From the NCBI RefSeq assembly GCF_009914755.1, contig NC_060938.1: 64,000 nucleotides of DNA; one strand, 5' to 3'. Each line of letters begins with the position of its first letter. The stretch's first letter is position 1. Positions 17,553-38,331 of the stretch are shown here, in pieces. This stretch comes from the human T2T-CHM13v2.0 reference genome, Homo sapiens. Under the pieces are notes generated by a model. The model saw only the letters and a program-made list of their open reading frames with translations. It was not told the DNA's origin and made no database searches. The translations under genes were made by a program, and so were the position numbers.

Positions 17553-18170
17553 ATTTCTGTAAGGGACCAGACAATAAGTGTAGGCAGCCCTCGCTTTGTA
17601 GAGTTTCAGCTAACCAAGTAATGTGTGAAGCTCGGACTACCTGTATTTTAGGTTGTACAGGCTGTACAGTCTCTGTTACACATTCTTTTCTGTTTTTTTC
17701 CTCTTTACTTTGTTCCCAACCCTTTAAATATGTAAAAACAATTCTTAGCTCATGGGTTATACAAAAACAGTTGTTAAAAGATAACTTTAGGCACATGGAA
17801 ATTTTAGAGTTTATATGAGCATTCAGCAATTTCATAAATTGGGTATCACCAGACCACAAGTTATTCAAGACTCCACCAAGAGGGTGTGAGGGGAAAACTT
17901 TTATAAGGTGTTTATGGAAACAGAAAATATTTGATTGGTAACAGTGGAATGTCTCTAGTTAGAAGTTGTTTGGTGGTTTCTGATTGATTAAACTCAAGTT
18001 TAGTTTTACTGTTTACATTGAGTTGGGTTTTGGTTTGTTTACATAGGAACCCAAAGTGCTGGAGCTGTCTCAACCTAATGGTTTCCCAGTTAGTTTTTTT
18101 TTTTTTTTTTTTTTTTAACACAGTCCTCTGGCTGGATTTGAGTTGTGGGCCATAGCGTACTAACCCCTGC
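17553..18170 (+). mobile_element. MER58-type hAT-Charlie MITE, interrupted twice
   Basis: TTTCTGTAAGGGACCAG...ACAAAAACAG / GCTGGATTTG...ACCCCTG. Confidence 0.65.
17772..18120 (-). mobile_element. ERV1-class solo LTR, subfamily uncertain
   Basis: TGTTAAAA...TTTTAACA inverted termini; 4-bp TSD CAGT. Confidence 0.7.
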
Positions 18171-18271
18171 TCTATTGAAAAATGTTTGTTCAATTTTTTG
18201 CCAATTGGTTGGATGTGAAATCAGTAACTGAGATGGGCTATATTAGAGAAATATAGATCCATAATACTATA

Positions 18272-18280
<9 letters not shown>

Positions 18281-18324
<44 letters not shown>
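18281..18324. repeat. (GT)22 microsatellite next to antisense AluJ 18326-18629
   Basis: Read directly. Confidence 0.95.
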
Positions 18325-18326
<2 letters not shown>

Positions 18327-19249
18327 TTTTTTTTTTTTTTTTTTTGAGACAAGGTGTACCTCTGTCACCCAGGCTGGAGTGCAGTGGGGTGATCTCGGTT
18401 CACTGCAGCCTCTGCCTCCTGGGCTGAAGTGATCCTCTCACCTCGGCTTCCCAAGTAGCTAGGGTTACAGGCACACACCAACATGCCCAGGCTAATTTTA
18501 ATATTTTTTTGTGGAGATGGGGTTTTGCCATGTTGCCCAGGCTGGTTTTAAACTCCTGAGCTCAAGTGATCCTCCTTCCCCAGCCTCCCTAAATGCTGGG
18601 ATTACAGGCACAAGCCACCACACCTGGCCAGTATTGTAAAGCAGCATGTGTTATAGTGTTTTGGTGTTGGATTTCAGATCTCTAAACATACTTTATTTGG
18701 TTTACCAGTTTTACCTTAAGACTAATTAGAGGCCAGTTTGATTCTTGTCTGAATTGTTTTTACTTCTCCCACTTTCTTCTCACCCTGTAAATCTGAAGAA
18801 CAAAAGACAGGTAAGAAGTGAGAAAAGAAAGAAGAGACAGTCTTTCTTTGATATTATTTAAAAGGCTAGGAAAGAAAAGGATGAATGTCTAGACAGTTCT
18901 GGATATTTTGAGTAAAAATATGTAAAAATATATAATATAGTTATTGTAATATTTTAAGGTGCATTTTGTCCTTTGAGCTGTTCCATCTTGGGTTTTCTGA
19001 CATTTTTATCTAGTGATTGAGTACACTCATGATATAGGACGTAATAGCCATTGACTTGGGCCGTGAAGCTCAACTGTGACACCTCTTCCCAGGATGGAGG
19101 CCCTTTCTTCCTTAAATGTCTCTTTGGGCTGCCCAGTTCATCTTTTACTCTTGGCCCCCTGCCTTTTGCTCAGTATTGCCCAAAATTTTACTTTAATACC
19201 ATTCAGCCCACCATCCATGTTAACATTTTTAGCTAACACTTTCTAGGTA

Positions 19250-19555
19250 TTTGTTGTTGTTCTTGTTGTTGCTTTTAGAAACAGGATCTTGCTCTGTCAC
19301 TCAGGCTGGAGTACAGTGGTGCAATCATAGCTCACTGTAACCTTGACCTGGGGTCAAGCTGTCTTCCCTGCTGCAACCTCCCAAGTAGATAGGACTGCAG
19401 GTGCTCAACATCACACCTAGCTATTTTGTTTTCTGTTTTTGTTGAGACAGAGTCTACCTTTGTTGTCCGGTCTAGTATCCAACCCCTGGCCTCAGGTCCT
19501 CCTGCCTCGACCTCCCAAAGTGCCAGGATTACAGGCATTAGCCACTGCACCAGCC
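19250..19555 (-). mobile_element. AluJ
   Basis: Diverged antisense dimer with (GTT)n tail. Confidence 0.85.
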
Positions 19556-19809
19556 CATTTCTTGTTTTTAAGTAATTTATAGAAGTGAATTTAGTGCACA
19601 TTTAGATATATGCTAATACTAATGAAGGGTGTGAGGGTAATTTCATCAGTGTGATCCTTCTTTGATATGTATAATTGTTTTTTTTAGTCTTACTTGATTG
19701 TTATGCAGATAGATTTAAGAGGGGCCTCACCTTCCACTATCAATTCATTGCAGTTAAGTAAGCTTTTCTCATATAGAAATTCTGGATCCAGTACATACTG
19801 CATTTCATT

Positions 19810-19813
19810 ACAC

Positions 19814-19844
<31 letters not shown>
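19810..19844. repeat. (CA)n microsatellite
   Basis: Read directly. Confidence 0.95.
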
Positions 19845-20639
19845 ATGACTAATGTAAATACCTTCCTGCTTTATAAGTCCCACACAAAGCAATTGTGTTC
19901 ATATGCGTGTTTTTCATGGCACTCCTTGAATCAGCTTGGAGTCACTACAAATTATTATGGGTAATAAAGGGCATGTGCCAGTAGGAGGGATTCTCAGACA
20001 AGGGAGTCCCCTCCCTCCAGGGCTTCAGACTTCATAAGGGAGCAAATAGGGAATTTATGTGGCACAAATATTTAATTTGTACGATCATCCTTAGGTGATG
20101 CTTTCATATTAGTAAGGATGTATTTGTGAGTCCAATTGTAGTCATTAGCTTCTGACCGTACCTTCTCCCCTGCATATTGCCTGCACTACATTGCCATTGT
20201 TGACTTCTGGGACAATTTTCCAGGATTTCATTACTAACAAACCTTGCCTTTTCTGGTTGCAGTTTTTAGATACTTTATTTAGGTTACATTTAATCTTGTT
20301 TACCATATTTAGGGTGACTGTGTGTTCAAGGTGAATGTATTTGTCTATTGCTTATTTGTTGCTTTTATAATTTATTTCCAGCAAATCTTATTACTAGTAC
20401 GTCCAGCTACCTGGGACTGGGGATGGGCAGATGACTCACTTCCACTTGCAACTTCACGTACCATCTAGAGATGGCTTTAGGGTTGATGAGAGAAAAAGAG
20501 ATAATGCACAAGATTAATCAATTGTAGCTGCTTTTGTCAGCATTGTATTATTATTCTCTCTATTGAATTTATTAGATTTTGAGACTATCATAAAGAGAAG
20601 ATAGAACTGTTTTAGAGCATTAATTACAAAAACAGTTTA

Positions 20640-20900
20640 CTATAGTGGAAAGAGCACTGGGCATAAGAGCAAAATAAGTGTGGCTCACTACCTGTTTGTT
20701 TTAACTTTTCCTGGAACTCAGCTTTCTTTTGTGAAATGAGGCCTTTTGATGAAGTATCTCTAATCTCTGGTAATCTTTTTCAAAAGACTGCCAAGAGACC
20801 GTAGGGGTCATTTAGGCTACCTTCTCAGTTTAGTCACATAGTTACTAGAACCTATTTTTGTTCTGGTTTTTATTCCAGTTGCTTTTTCCATTATACTACC
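20640..20900. mobile_element. MIR fragments
   Basis: TATAGTGGAAAGAGCACTGG...CTCAGCTTTC..TGTGAAATGAGG. Confidence 0.55.
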
Positions 20901-21171
20901 TGTGATAGGGAGCCTTCTAAAATGACCTTGGTATTCACTCTTGTGTAGTTCCTTCCTCTTGAGGGTGAACTAGACCTAGAGGCTCACTTCTACTAGAATA
21001 TGGCAAAAATGGTGTGATGTCACTTCTCAGATTAGATTACAAAATCTATGACTTCCCTTTTTGCTGGCACTCTGTTGCTCACTCACCTTGAGGAAGTCAG
21101 CTGTCATGTTGTGAACTGACCTGTGAAAAGGCCCACCTGTCAAGGAACTGAAGGGGACCTCCAGCCAGTAA

Positions 21172-21412
<241 letters not shown>

Positions 21413-21800
21413 TAGCCAGGATGGTCTTGATCTCCTGACCACGTGGTCCGCCCACCTTGGCCTCTCAAAGTGCTGGGATTACAGACGTGAGCCACTGCGC
21501 CCAGCCCCCTCAGGGATATTAATCCTGCCAACGACCACCGAGAGAGTTTGGAAGCAGATCCTCTCCCTGTTGAACATTGAGATGACTGCACCCCTGGCTG
21601 ACACTTCGATTCCAGCCTTTTGAGAGACCCTGGGCTGGAGGACTTAGCCAAGCAACACTCAATTTCTGATTTTTAGCAACTGTGAGATTGCAAATGTGTA
21701 TTGTTTTAAGCTGTTGAATTTGGGTTTAATGTGTTAAGTAGTGAGATTGCAAATGTGTATTGTTTTAAGCTGTTGAATTTGGGTTTAATGTGTTAAGTAG

Positions 21801-24874
<3,074 letters not shown>

Positions 24875-24922
24875 GGTAGCAATAGACAACTACACTATTC
24901 ATTAATATCAGAAAAGCTTTAA

Positions 24923-25379
<457 letters not shown>

Positions 25380-25914
25380 TAAGCTGGCAACGTAAAGAAA
25401 TTATAACTTTGAAGGATTGATTTGGTGTTTTTTTATAGTAGATGACCAATAAGACATGTTTACCTTAGATCTGCTTTAGGCTGTTGGCATGAGCATCTCT
25501 GATTCAGATATTGGCTGCATTGAAAGCATTTTTAATTTAGATTTTATACTGTTTTGGATGCATATAGTCAGGTAATCTATTCTTGTTATGAATTTGCAGT
25601 TCTGTGTTAGGATGGTTTGATTATGTATAAATAGTACTTGGAGAATGACTTTCAATATGTGTGGTTTTATAAGTTTCGGAAGCTGCTTGAGTACAAGAAG
25701 AATCGTTTTACTGGAATCCTTAATGCTGTATATTATTTTATTGTCTATTGAAGCATACCAGTTTCCTAGCTTCATAGTTTTGAGGATTTTACTGCTGAGT
25801 AACAAGTTTTGGAAAGCAGAAAAAATAAATGAAAATATAAATAAATAATATAGAGAAATTAACTTTTAGAAAACATAGATCAATTAATGTAGATAGTATA
25901 GATCAATTAACTTT

Positions 25915-26720
<806 letters not shown>

Positions 26721-26791
26721 TTGTGTCATTTCATCCCTTTGTATTTTTTATTATTGCCTTTTTTCTTAACCTTTTGTTATTTTAGAAATTA

Positions 26792-27100
<309 letters not shown>

Positions 27101-27126
27101 GAAATTAGATAATATATACACATGGT

Positions 27127-27433
27127 TTTCGTTTATTTGCTTATTTGAGACAGAGTTTCACTCTGTTGCCCAGGCTGGAGTACAGTGGTGCAAACATGGC
27201 TCACTGCAGCCTTGACCTCCTGGGCTCAAGCAATCCTCCCACCTCAGCCTCCCAGGTAGCTGGGACTACAAGTGTGCCACCACACCTGGCTAATTTTTAA
27301 CTTTTTTTTTTTTTTGGTAGACATGAGGTCCCCCTGTGTTGCCCAGACTAGTCTTAAACTCTGCTCCTTAAGCGATCCTCCCACCTTGGACTCTCAAAGT
27401 ACTGATTACTGGTGTGAGCCACTGCACCCTGCC
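27127..27433 (-). mobile_element. AluJ
   Basis: Antisense dimer. Confidence 0.9.
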
Positions 27434-27499
27434 AGATGGATATGCTCTATTATTTTGTAGCTTCCCTCTTTAATTTAATAATATCTTGTATGTGTGTGT

Positions 27500-28565
27500 T
27501 TTTGAAAAACGCTCAAACTGTGTTTCCCTCTTCTCTCACAGCACACTAATCAATGTGGAAGATTTCTGTGACTAAATGTCAGGGAGTTTTTCCCCACCAA
27601 CAAGCAGTGGACACCAACTGGATATCCCCCAATTCAATTCTGACACTGTGTACTTGGAGATAGTGTCAGAACCCACAGGTTGGGTGCCCACTCCCCAAGA
27701 CTGCCCCATTGCCCCACTTTTTTTTTTAATGGCTCATCCCTTTTGACACCAGTCACAAGTTAGCGTTCCCATTACCTTCTCTTTAGTTTTGATTAAATTG
27801 CTGGAGCGGCTCACAGAACTCAGGGAAAGTCATTTAGTGGTTATTTATAAAGGATGTTTAATCGCCCATTGGGTTCTTCCTGTTCACTGCACAGTCAAAG
27901 CCAATTCACTGAGACTATGCTGTTGCAGTAGAGAGGTTTATCAATGCAGAACTAGCCAAGTAGATGGACTCGCGGGATTCCTCTAATCAGTCTCCTCGAA
28001 GGCTTGAAGATTAGGCGGGCAGGGGGCTAGAGAATGAGTTTTGCTGACACGTGATGAAATAGGGATATGGAGAATGTGTGTGCTGAATTGGCCTCTCAGT
28101 GGGGGCCACAGGACTGGTTGAGTCATCTAAAGGAGCAATAGGGAAAGTCACAAACCTTGTGACCTCTGGCCACATGATTGCTGACAGCAAGGGATTATAG
28201 AAAGGCAAGCGAGAGGGCAATGTCTGGTTATCATTTGACTACAGCTACATTGTAGCAGAATTTAGGTCTCTCCTATAATCCTAATTTTGTGGCCTTTCAT
28301 TAGTTTTACAAAAGTGGTGTTGGTACCTGAATAAGTAGGGTTTCATTTTAGGCAGGTAGTATTATCATCCCTGCTTCAAAATTAAACTATAAACTAAATT
28401 TCTCCTATGATTATCTTGGCCTACACCGAGGAAAGGTGAGTACAGCCAGCCTGAGAAGCTAGAAGCAAGATGGAGTCAGCCATGCTTGATTTCCTTCACT
28501 GTCATAATCTTTGCAAAGGCAGTTTCAGATGTTACAAAGGATAAAGATGAAAACAAGCATAGGAG
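27500..28565 (-). mobile_element. Partial MER21-type LTR interrupted by LTR8
   Basis: AATTCAATTCTGACACTG..TGGAGATAGTGTCAGA..CCCACAGGTTG; resumes GATGTTACAAAGGATAAAGATG after 28527. Confidence 0.7.
27857..28527 (-). mobile_element. LTR8-family (ERV1) solo LTR
   Basis: Ends TTTGCAAAGGCAGTTTCA; 4-bp TSD GATG. Confidence 0.75.
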
Positions 28566-31500
28566 ATGAGGAGGCAGAGCAAGATGATGGAATAGAAAGC
28601 TCCACTGCCCACCCCCCCACCCCCCAGACAAGGACACCAAGTTAACTATCTACACAGAAAAAAAACACTTTCACGAGAGCCAAAAATCAAGTGAGCACAC
28701 ATAGTACCTGGTTTTAACTTCATATTGCTGAAAGAGGTACTGAAGAGATCGAAAAACAATCCTAAGTCACTGCCACTGCTTCCCCACTCCCAGCAGGGGT
28801 GGCATAGTGCAGAGAGTTTCTCTGGGAACTGGGGGAGAGAAAACACAACAATTGTGAAACATTGAACTCAGTACTGTCCTGTTAGGGCAGAAAGGAAAAG
28901 CAGACCAGACTCAGCTGATGCCCACCCACGGAGGGAACATTTAAAGCAGCCCTAGCCGGAGGGGAATTGCTGATCCCAGTGGTCCAAATCTGAGTGCCTT
29001 CAAACCTTGCCACTGAGGTCTGCAGCACTCTATGTCTCCATATAAACTTGAAAGGTAGTCTAGGCCATAAGGACTGCAACTCTTAGGAGAGTTCTAGTGC
29101 TAAACTAGGCCCAGAAACAGTGGACTGTGGTTGGGGGGCATGTGACATACTGAGACACCAGCTGGGGCAACCAATGGAGTGCTGGCATCACCCCTCACCT
29201 AACCCCAGGCTGCGTAGCTCCCAGTTCCAAAAGAGACCCTTTCCTTCTGCTTGAGGAGAGGGACGAGTGGGGAGGACTTTATCTTGCATCGAGGATATCA
29301 GCTCAGCCACAGCAGAATAGGGCACCAGTCAGAGTTGTGAGCCCCACTCCACGTCCTAGCTCCCAGATGACATTTGTAAACACACCCAGGGCCAGAAGGG
29401 AACTCACTGCCTTGAAGGAAAGGACCCATTTCTGGCAGCATTCATCACTTGTTAACTGAAGAGCCCTTGGGCCCTGCATAATCAACAGTGATACCCAGGT
29501 ACTACATCAAGGGTGTTGGGTGAGCCTCTGAGATTTGCTGGCTTTAGGTAAGACTCAGCACATTACCAGCTGTGATGGCTATGACGCAAAACTCTTTCTG
29601 TCTGAGAAAAGTAGTTGGAAAAGTAAAGAGGATGGACTTTGTTTTGTACCTTAGATACCAGCATTGCCACCGGTGGGTAGAACACTAAGTGGGCTCTTGG
29701 AGTCCCTGATTCCAGAACTTGACTCTTGGATGACATTTCTGGACCTGCTCTGGGCCAGAGAGGAGACCACTTCCCTTAAGGGTGAGTCACAACCCAGAAA
29801 GCATTCATGACAAGCTAACTTAAGAGAACTTGGGCTGTAAGGGAAGATTGACGGTAGTCTGGTGGTACTCCTCATGGCCTGGGGTGGCAGTGGCTACGGG
29901 GTAAGGCGCCTCTGCCTTTGGAAAGGGGAGGGAAGGACTGAGTCTTGTGCTTTGAGTTCCAGCTCACTCATAGTACAATAGAACACCTGGTAGACTTGCC
30001 GCATTTTTTACTCTACTCCCTGACTCTTGTATGGCACTTCAGGACCCACCTGGGGCCTGGGGGACCTCACCACCCTGAAGGGAAGGACATAGGCCTGGCT
30101 TGCTTTGCCTCCTGCTGACTGTAGAGTTCAAGGGTCTTGAGCGAACGTAGGCTGTAGCCAGGGAGTTACTACAGCAGGCTTTGGGCGAGATCTAATGCTG
30201 TGCTGGCTTCAGGTCAGACCCTACATAGTCATAGTGGTGGTGGCCACAGGGATACTTATGTCACTTTACCCCCAGATTTACGTGTCATAGAACAGAGAGA
30301 GAGAGATTCTGTGTGTTTGGGAGAAAGTAAGGGAAGAGAATAAGAATCTCTGCCTGGTATTTCAGAGAATTCTTCCAGATCTTGTCCAAGATTATCAAGG
30401 TTGTACCTATGTGAGTCTGCAAGAACCACAGCATTACTAGTCTTGGGGTTCCCTCTAAAGCAGATATAGCTTAGGTCACACCTGAGTCCTTTCAGATGTC
30501 TGGAAAGCCTTCCCAAGAAGGACAGCTACAATAAACCCAGACAGTGAAGACTACAATAAATACCTAACTCTTCAATGCCCAGATACCAAAGAAAATATAC
30601 ATGTACACTATTCAGGAAGACATGACCTCATCAAATAAACTAAGTAAGGAAGCAGAGACCAATCCTGGAGAAACAGAGATATGAGACCTTTCAGACAGAG
30701 AATTCAAAATAGCTGTGTTGAGGCCACTCAAAGAAATTCAAGATAACACAGTGAAGGAATTTGAATTCTGTCAGATACATTTAACAAAGATATGGAAATA
30801 ATTAAGGAGAGTCAAGCAGAAATTCTAGAGCTGAAAATGCAATTGACATACTGAAGAATGCATCTAAGTCGTTTAATAGCAGAAGTTGTCAAGTAGGAGA
30901 AAGTTAGTGATCTTGAAGACAGGATATTTGAAAATACACAGTCAGAAAAGACAAAAGAAAAAAGAATAAAAAAACAATGAAGCATGCCTACAGGATCCAG
31001 AAAATAGCCTCAAAGGGCAAATCTAAGAGGTATTGGCCTTAAAGAGGAAGTGGAGAAAGAGATAGGGGCAGAAAGTTTATTCAAAGGGATAATAATGGAG
31101 AAATTCCCAAACCTAAAGAGAGATATCAATATTTAAGTACAAGAAAGTTATAGAACACCAAGCAGATTTAACCCAAAGAAGACTATTTCAAGGCATTTGA
31201 TAATGAAACTCCCAAAGGTCAGTGATAAAGAATGGATCCTAAAAGTATCAAGAGAATAGAAATAACATACAATGGTGCTTCGTTGTGGCTGGCAGCAGAC
31301 TTTTCAGTTGAAACCTTATAGGTCAGGAGTTAGTGTCATGACATATTTAAAGTGCTGGAGGGCAAAAAAAACATTATACCCTAGGATAGTATATCTGGCA
31401 AAAATATCCTTCAAACATGAAAGAGAAATAAAGGCTTTCCCAGACAAACAAAAACTGAGACATTTTATTAATGCCAGACCTGTTCTACTAGAAGTGCTAA

Positions 31501-31868
31501 AGGGAGTACTTTAATTAGAATGAAAAGGATATTAATGAGTAATAAATAATTGCCTGAAGGTACAAAACTCACTTGTAATAGTAGACAGAAAACCACAGAA
31601 TACTATGGCACGGTAACTGTGGTGTGTAAACGACTCTCATTCTCAGTAGAAAGAATAAATGATAAACCAACAAAAAAGTAGTAACTTCAGCAACTTTTCA
31701 AGACATAGTACCATAAGATGTAAATAGAAACAACAAAAAGCTAAAAATCAGGTAGATGAAGTTAAGGCATAGAGTTTTTATTAGTTTTCTTTTTGCTTGT
31801 TTGTTAATGAGAATAGTGTTGTTTTCAGATTAAAATAATGGGTTATAGATAGTATTTGCAAGCCTCAT

Positions 31869-32874
31869 TGTGGGCGGCAAGCCACCCAGGTGCTGAGGCA
31901 AGAGACCGAGGACACGAGCTGTTCCAGTATAATAAAGAAAAAACATAAAATAAGAACATTTATACTAGATATAGATCATAGATATGATTATATATGACTA
32001 TCATTAATCATTAGTTTGTAGCAATTACTCTTTATTCCAATATTATAATAATTCTTGCTCTACAATTATAACCTGGGAAAAGCCAGGCCATACAGAGATA
32101 AGAGCTGAAGGGACATGGTGAGAAGTGACCAGAAGATAATAGTGTGAGCCCTCTGTCACGCCTGGACAGGGCTACTAGAGGCCTCCTTGGTCTAGCAGTA
32201 ATGCCAGTGTCTGGAAAGACACCCATTACCAAGCGGACCGTGGTCTAGCGGTAGCATCAGTGCCAAGGAAAAACACCTGCTACTTAGCAGACTGGGAAAG
32301 GGAGTCTCCCTTTCCCTCGGGGAGTTTAGAGAAGACTACTCCACCATCTCTTGTGGAGGGCCTGACATCAGTCAGGCCCACCCGCAGTTATCCGGCGGCC
32401 TAACCATCTCCCTGTGATGCTGTGCTTCAGTGGTCATGCTCCTGGTCTGCTTTCATGTTCCATCCTGTACACCTGGCTCTGCCTTCTAGATAGCAGTAGC
32501 AAAATTAGTGAAAGTGCTAAAAGTCTCTGATATGCAGAAATAATGGCGTAAGCTGTCTTCTCTCTCTCTCTCTGTCCGCCTTGGCTGCCCAACAGGGAAG
32601 GGCCCCCTGTCCAATGGACACGTGACCAATGTGACCTTACCTATCATTGGAGATGGCTCACACTCCTTACCCTGCCCCCTTGTCTTGTATCCAATAAATA
32701 ACAGCGCAGCCTGGGATTTGGAGCCACTACTGGTCTCTGTGTCTTGGTGGTAGTGGTCTCCTGGGCCCAGCTGTCTTTTCTTTTATCTCTTTGTCTTGTG
32801 TCTTTTTTTCTACAATCTTTTGTCTCCGCACACGGGGAGAAAAACCCACTGACCCTCTGGGGCTGGTCGCTACA
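31869..32874 (+). mobile_element. LTR13 (HERV-K/HML-4-type) solo LTR
   Basis: TGTGGGCGGCAAGCCACCCAGG...GGGGCTGGTCGCTACA, 1006 bp; AATAAA at 32693; 6-bp TSD (C/G)CTCAT. Confidence 0.85.
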
Positions 32875-33210
32875 GCTCATGGTAACCTCAAACCCAAAAA
32901 CATAAAATGGATACACAAAAAAATAAAAAGCAAGAAACTAGATGACATCACCAATGAAAATCACTTTCACTAGAGGAAGACAGGATGGAAATAAAGAAGG
33001 AAGAGAATATTGTAAAACAACCAGAGAACAAATAAAGTAGGTGGAGTAAGTTTTTACTCATCAATAACAATGTTGAATATAAATGGACTAAACTCTCCAG
33101 TCAGAAGACATAGCATGGCTGAATTGATGAAAAAACAAGACCTGTTAATCTGTTGCCTACAAGAAACACACTTCACCTATGAAGACACACAGACAGAAAA
33201 TAAAGGGATC

Positions 33211-33512
33211 GGCCAGATGTGATGGCTCACGCCTGTAATCCAAGCATGTTGGGAGGCTAAGGCAGGCAGATCACCTGAGGTCAGGAGTTCGAGAGCAGCC
33301 TGGCCGATGTGGTGAAACCCTGTCTCTAATAAAAATACAAAAATTAGCCAGGCATGGTGGCAGGCACCTGCAACCCCAGCTACCCAGCTGAGGCAGAAGA
33401 ATCACTTGAACTGGCAGGCAGAGGTTTCAGTAAGCCAAGATCATGCCATTGCACTCCAGCCTGGGTGACAGAGCAAACCTCCATCTCAAAAAAAAAAAAA
33501 AAAAGAAAGAAA
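33211..33512 (+). mobile_element. AluS inside L1 ORF2
   Basis: Dimer with a small internal deletion; TSD AAA(T/G)AAAGGGAT. Confidence 0.9.
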
Positions 33513-35319
33513 AGAAAGGGATGGAAAGAGCTATTCTATACCAACAGAAACCAGAAAGGAGCTAGTTATATCAGGCAAAATAGATTTCAAGACAAAAACT
33601 ATGAAAAGAGACAATGTCACTATATAATGAAAAAGGGGTCAATTCAGCAAGAGGATATAACAATTTAAAATATATATGCACCCAACACTGGAGCACTCAG
33701 ATATATACAGCAAATATTAGAGATAAAGAGAGAGAGATAGGCTTCAATACAGTAATAGCTGGAGACTTCAACATCCCACTTTCAGTATTGAACATATTTT
33801 CCAGACAGAAAATCAACTTGGAAACATCAAACTTCGTTTGCATTATAGACCAAATTGACCTAATAGATAGTTACAGAACATTTAAGTGAAGAGCTACAGA
33901 ATACACATTCTTTTCCTTAGCACATGCATCATTCTCATGGATAGACCATATGTTAGTTCACAAAACAAGTCTTCAGACATTCAGAGAAATTGAAATAATA
34001 TTAAGCATCCTTTCTGACCACAATGTAATAAAACTAGAAATTAATAACAAGATGAATTTTGGAAACTGGACAAATACTTGGAAATTAAACAGTATACTCC
34101 TGAATAACCAGCTGGTCAATGAAGAAATGAAGAAGAAAATTGAAAAATTTCTTGAAACAAATGATAATGGAAACACAACATAACAAAACCTATGGGATAC
34201 AGCCAAAGCAGTACTAAGAGGGAATTTTATAACTATAGGTGCCTACATTAAAAAAGAGGAAATACTTCAAATGAACAATCTAACATTGCTTTTAAAGAAC
34301 TGTGAAAGCAAGAGCAAACCAAATCCAACATTACTAGAGGAAAAGAATAAAGATCTGAATAGAAATAAATGAAATTTTAATAAAAAATACAAACAACCAA
34401 TAAAACAATATGGCTTTTTGAAAAGTTAAACAAAGTTGACAAAACTTTAGTCAGACTAAGAAAAAAGAGAGGATCCAAATCAGAAATGAAAATGAGACAT
34501 TACAACTGATACTGCAGAAATTCTAAGGATCATTAATGAGCAACCATATACCAATAAATTGGAAAATGTAAGAGAAATGGGCAAATTTTGAGATACCTAC
34601 AACCTACAATGTTTGAACCAGGAAGAAATTCAAAACCTGAACAGGCTAGTAATAAGTAATGAGATTGAAGCCATAATAAAAAGTCTCCCAGTGATGAAAA
34701 GCCCAAGACCTGATGGCTTTACTGCTGAATTCTAACAAACATTTGAAGATAAACTTAATACCAATCCCACTCAAATTATTCTGAAAAATAGAGGAGGAGG
34801 GAATATTCCAAACATTCTCTGAGGTCGTAATTACCCTGATACCAAAACCAGACAAAGACACATCAAAAAAAGAAAGCCACAGTCCAATCTCTCTGATGGA
34901 TATTGATGCAAACATTCTCAACAAAATACTAAAACCGAGTTCAGCAATCCATTTGAAAGATCATTCATTATGACCAAGTGGGATTTTCCCTGGGATACAG
35001 TGATGGCTCAACATACACAAATCAATCAATGTGTACATCATATGAGCAGAACGAAGGATAAAAACCATACAATCATTTCAATTGACGCTGAAAAGATTTG
35101 ATAAAATTCAGCTTCCCTTCTTGGTAAAAACCCTCACAAAGCTGGATATAGAAGGAACATACCTCAACATAATAAAAGCCAGATATGACTGACCCACAGT
35201 TAATATCATACTGAATGGGGAAAAACTGAAATTCTTTCCTCTGAAATCTGGAACATGATAAGGATGCCCACTTTCACCACTGTTATTCAACATAGTACTG
35301 TAAGTCCTAGTTAGAGGTC

Positions 35320-37410
<2,091 letters not shown>

Positions 37411-38157
37411 TTTCATTGTGCTCTATTATCCTAAATAAGACATCGTTAGGAAAGGGTAGTTTTTGGAATGTTTTTACTTTGTGTGCCTTTTGTTATTTTA
37501 AATAACATTTTGATTTTAGAATGTATCATTTTATCAAATGTGACCTAAGATCCTTTAATTTTATTTTAAGGTATGAGGATATAAGTGTTCGTCACATAAT
37601 TAGAAAAACTTTTGTATTATTACGTTACATTCTTGGAGGGAATCTGAAAGGTAATTTCCTGTGGATATTTTTTTGAATTTGAATGCTGAAATGCTGTTTT
37701 GCATCGTCTCAAACATGTACATATAATCTAAAAAAAAATTTAAACATCGAAATTCCTTCTTTTTAATGAATTATTTTTTGAAGTATGACAAACTTCTTCT
37801 TTAAGCAGCATGTCTTGAAAGTAATTAGTACTTTAATACTTTTATTATCTTTTAAGTTTAATGTAAATTGAAGCCACTTCCTTAATTTATGTCAAACAGC
37901 TTATTGCCAGCATGGGAGTGCAGATATTGTGTGTTATAGCTTATGATATCCCAAAGTAGAACATTTTATTCAGTGGCATGAGCTGGCACCATGGGCTAGA
38001 TTATTCTAATTCATTTGGGTAAGTGAACTGCAGCTTAGAAAGTTCATGTACAAAAATGCACTGTCACAATTTCCTTTTGATTCTTTATAAGTAAGAAACT
38101 GGTTTTAGGATTTCAGCATCTTAATTTCTATTGTCTTTATTTCATGCAGGTAATTAA

Positions 38158-38331
<174 letters not shown>

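Larger units (their letters stand above)
28570..35313 (+). mobile_element. L1MA/L1M2-type LINE-1: 5'UTR, ORF1, spacer and 5' half of ORF2; 3' end missing
   Basis: GAGGCAGAGCAAGATG 5' start; ORF1 remnant ending ...LLEVLKGVL (31514); ORF2 AGDFN and SDH motifs; stops just after the GCPLSP-equivalent region. Confidence 0.85.

Noticed and set aside
32338-32361. CTCF-like motif in LTR13
   Set aside because: Reverse strand reads CCACAAGAGATGG, with a mismatch in the core G run
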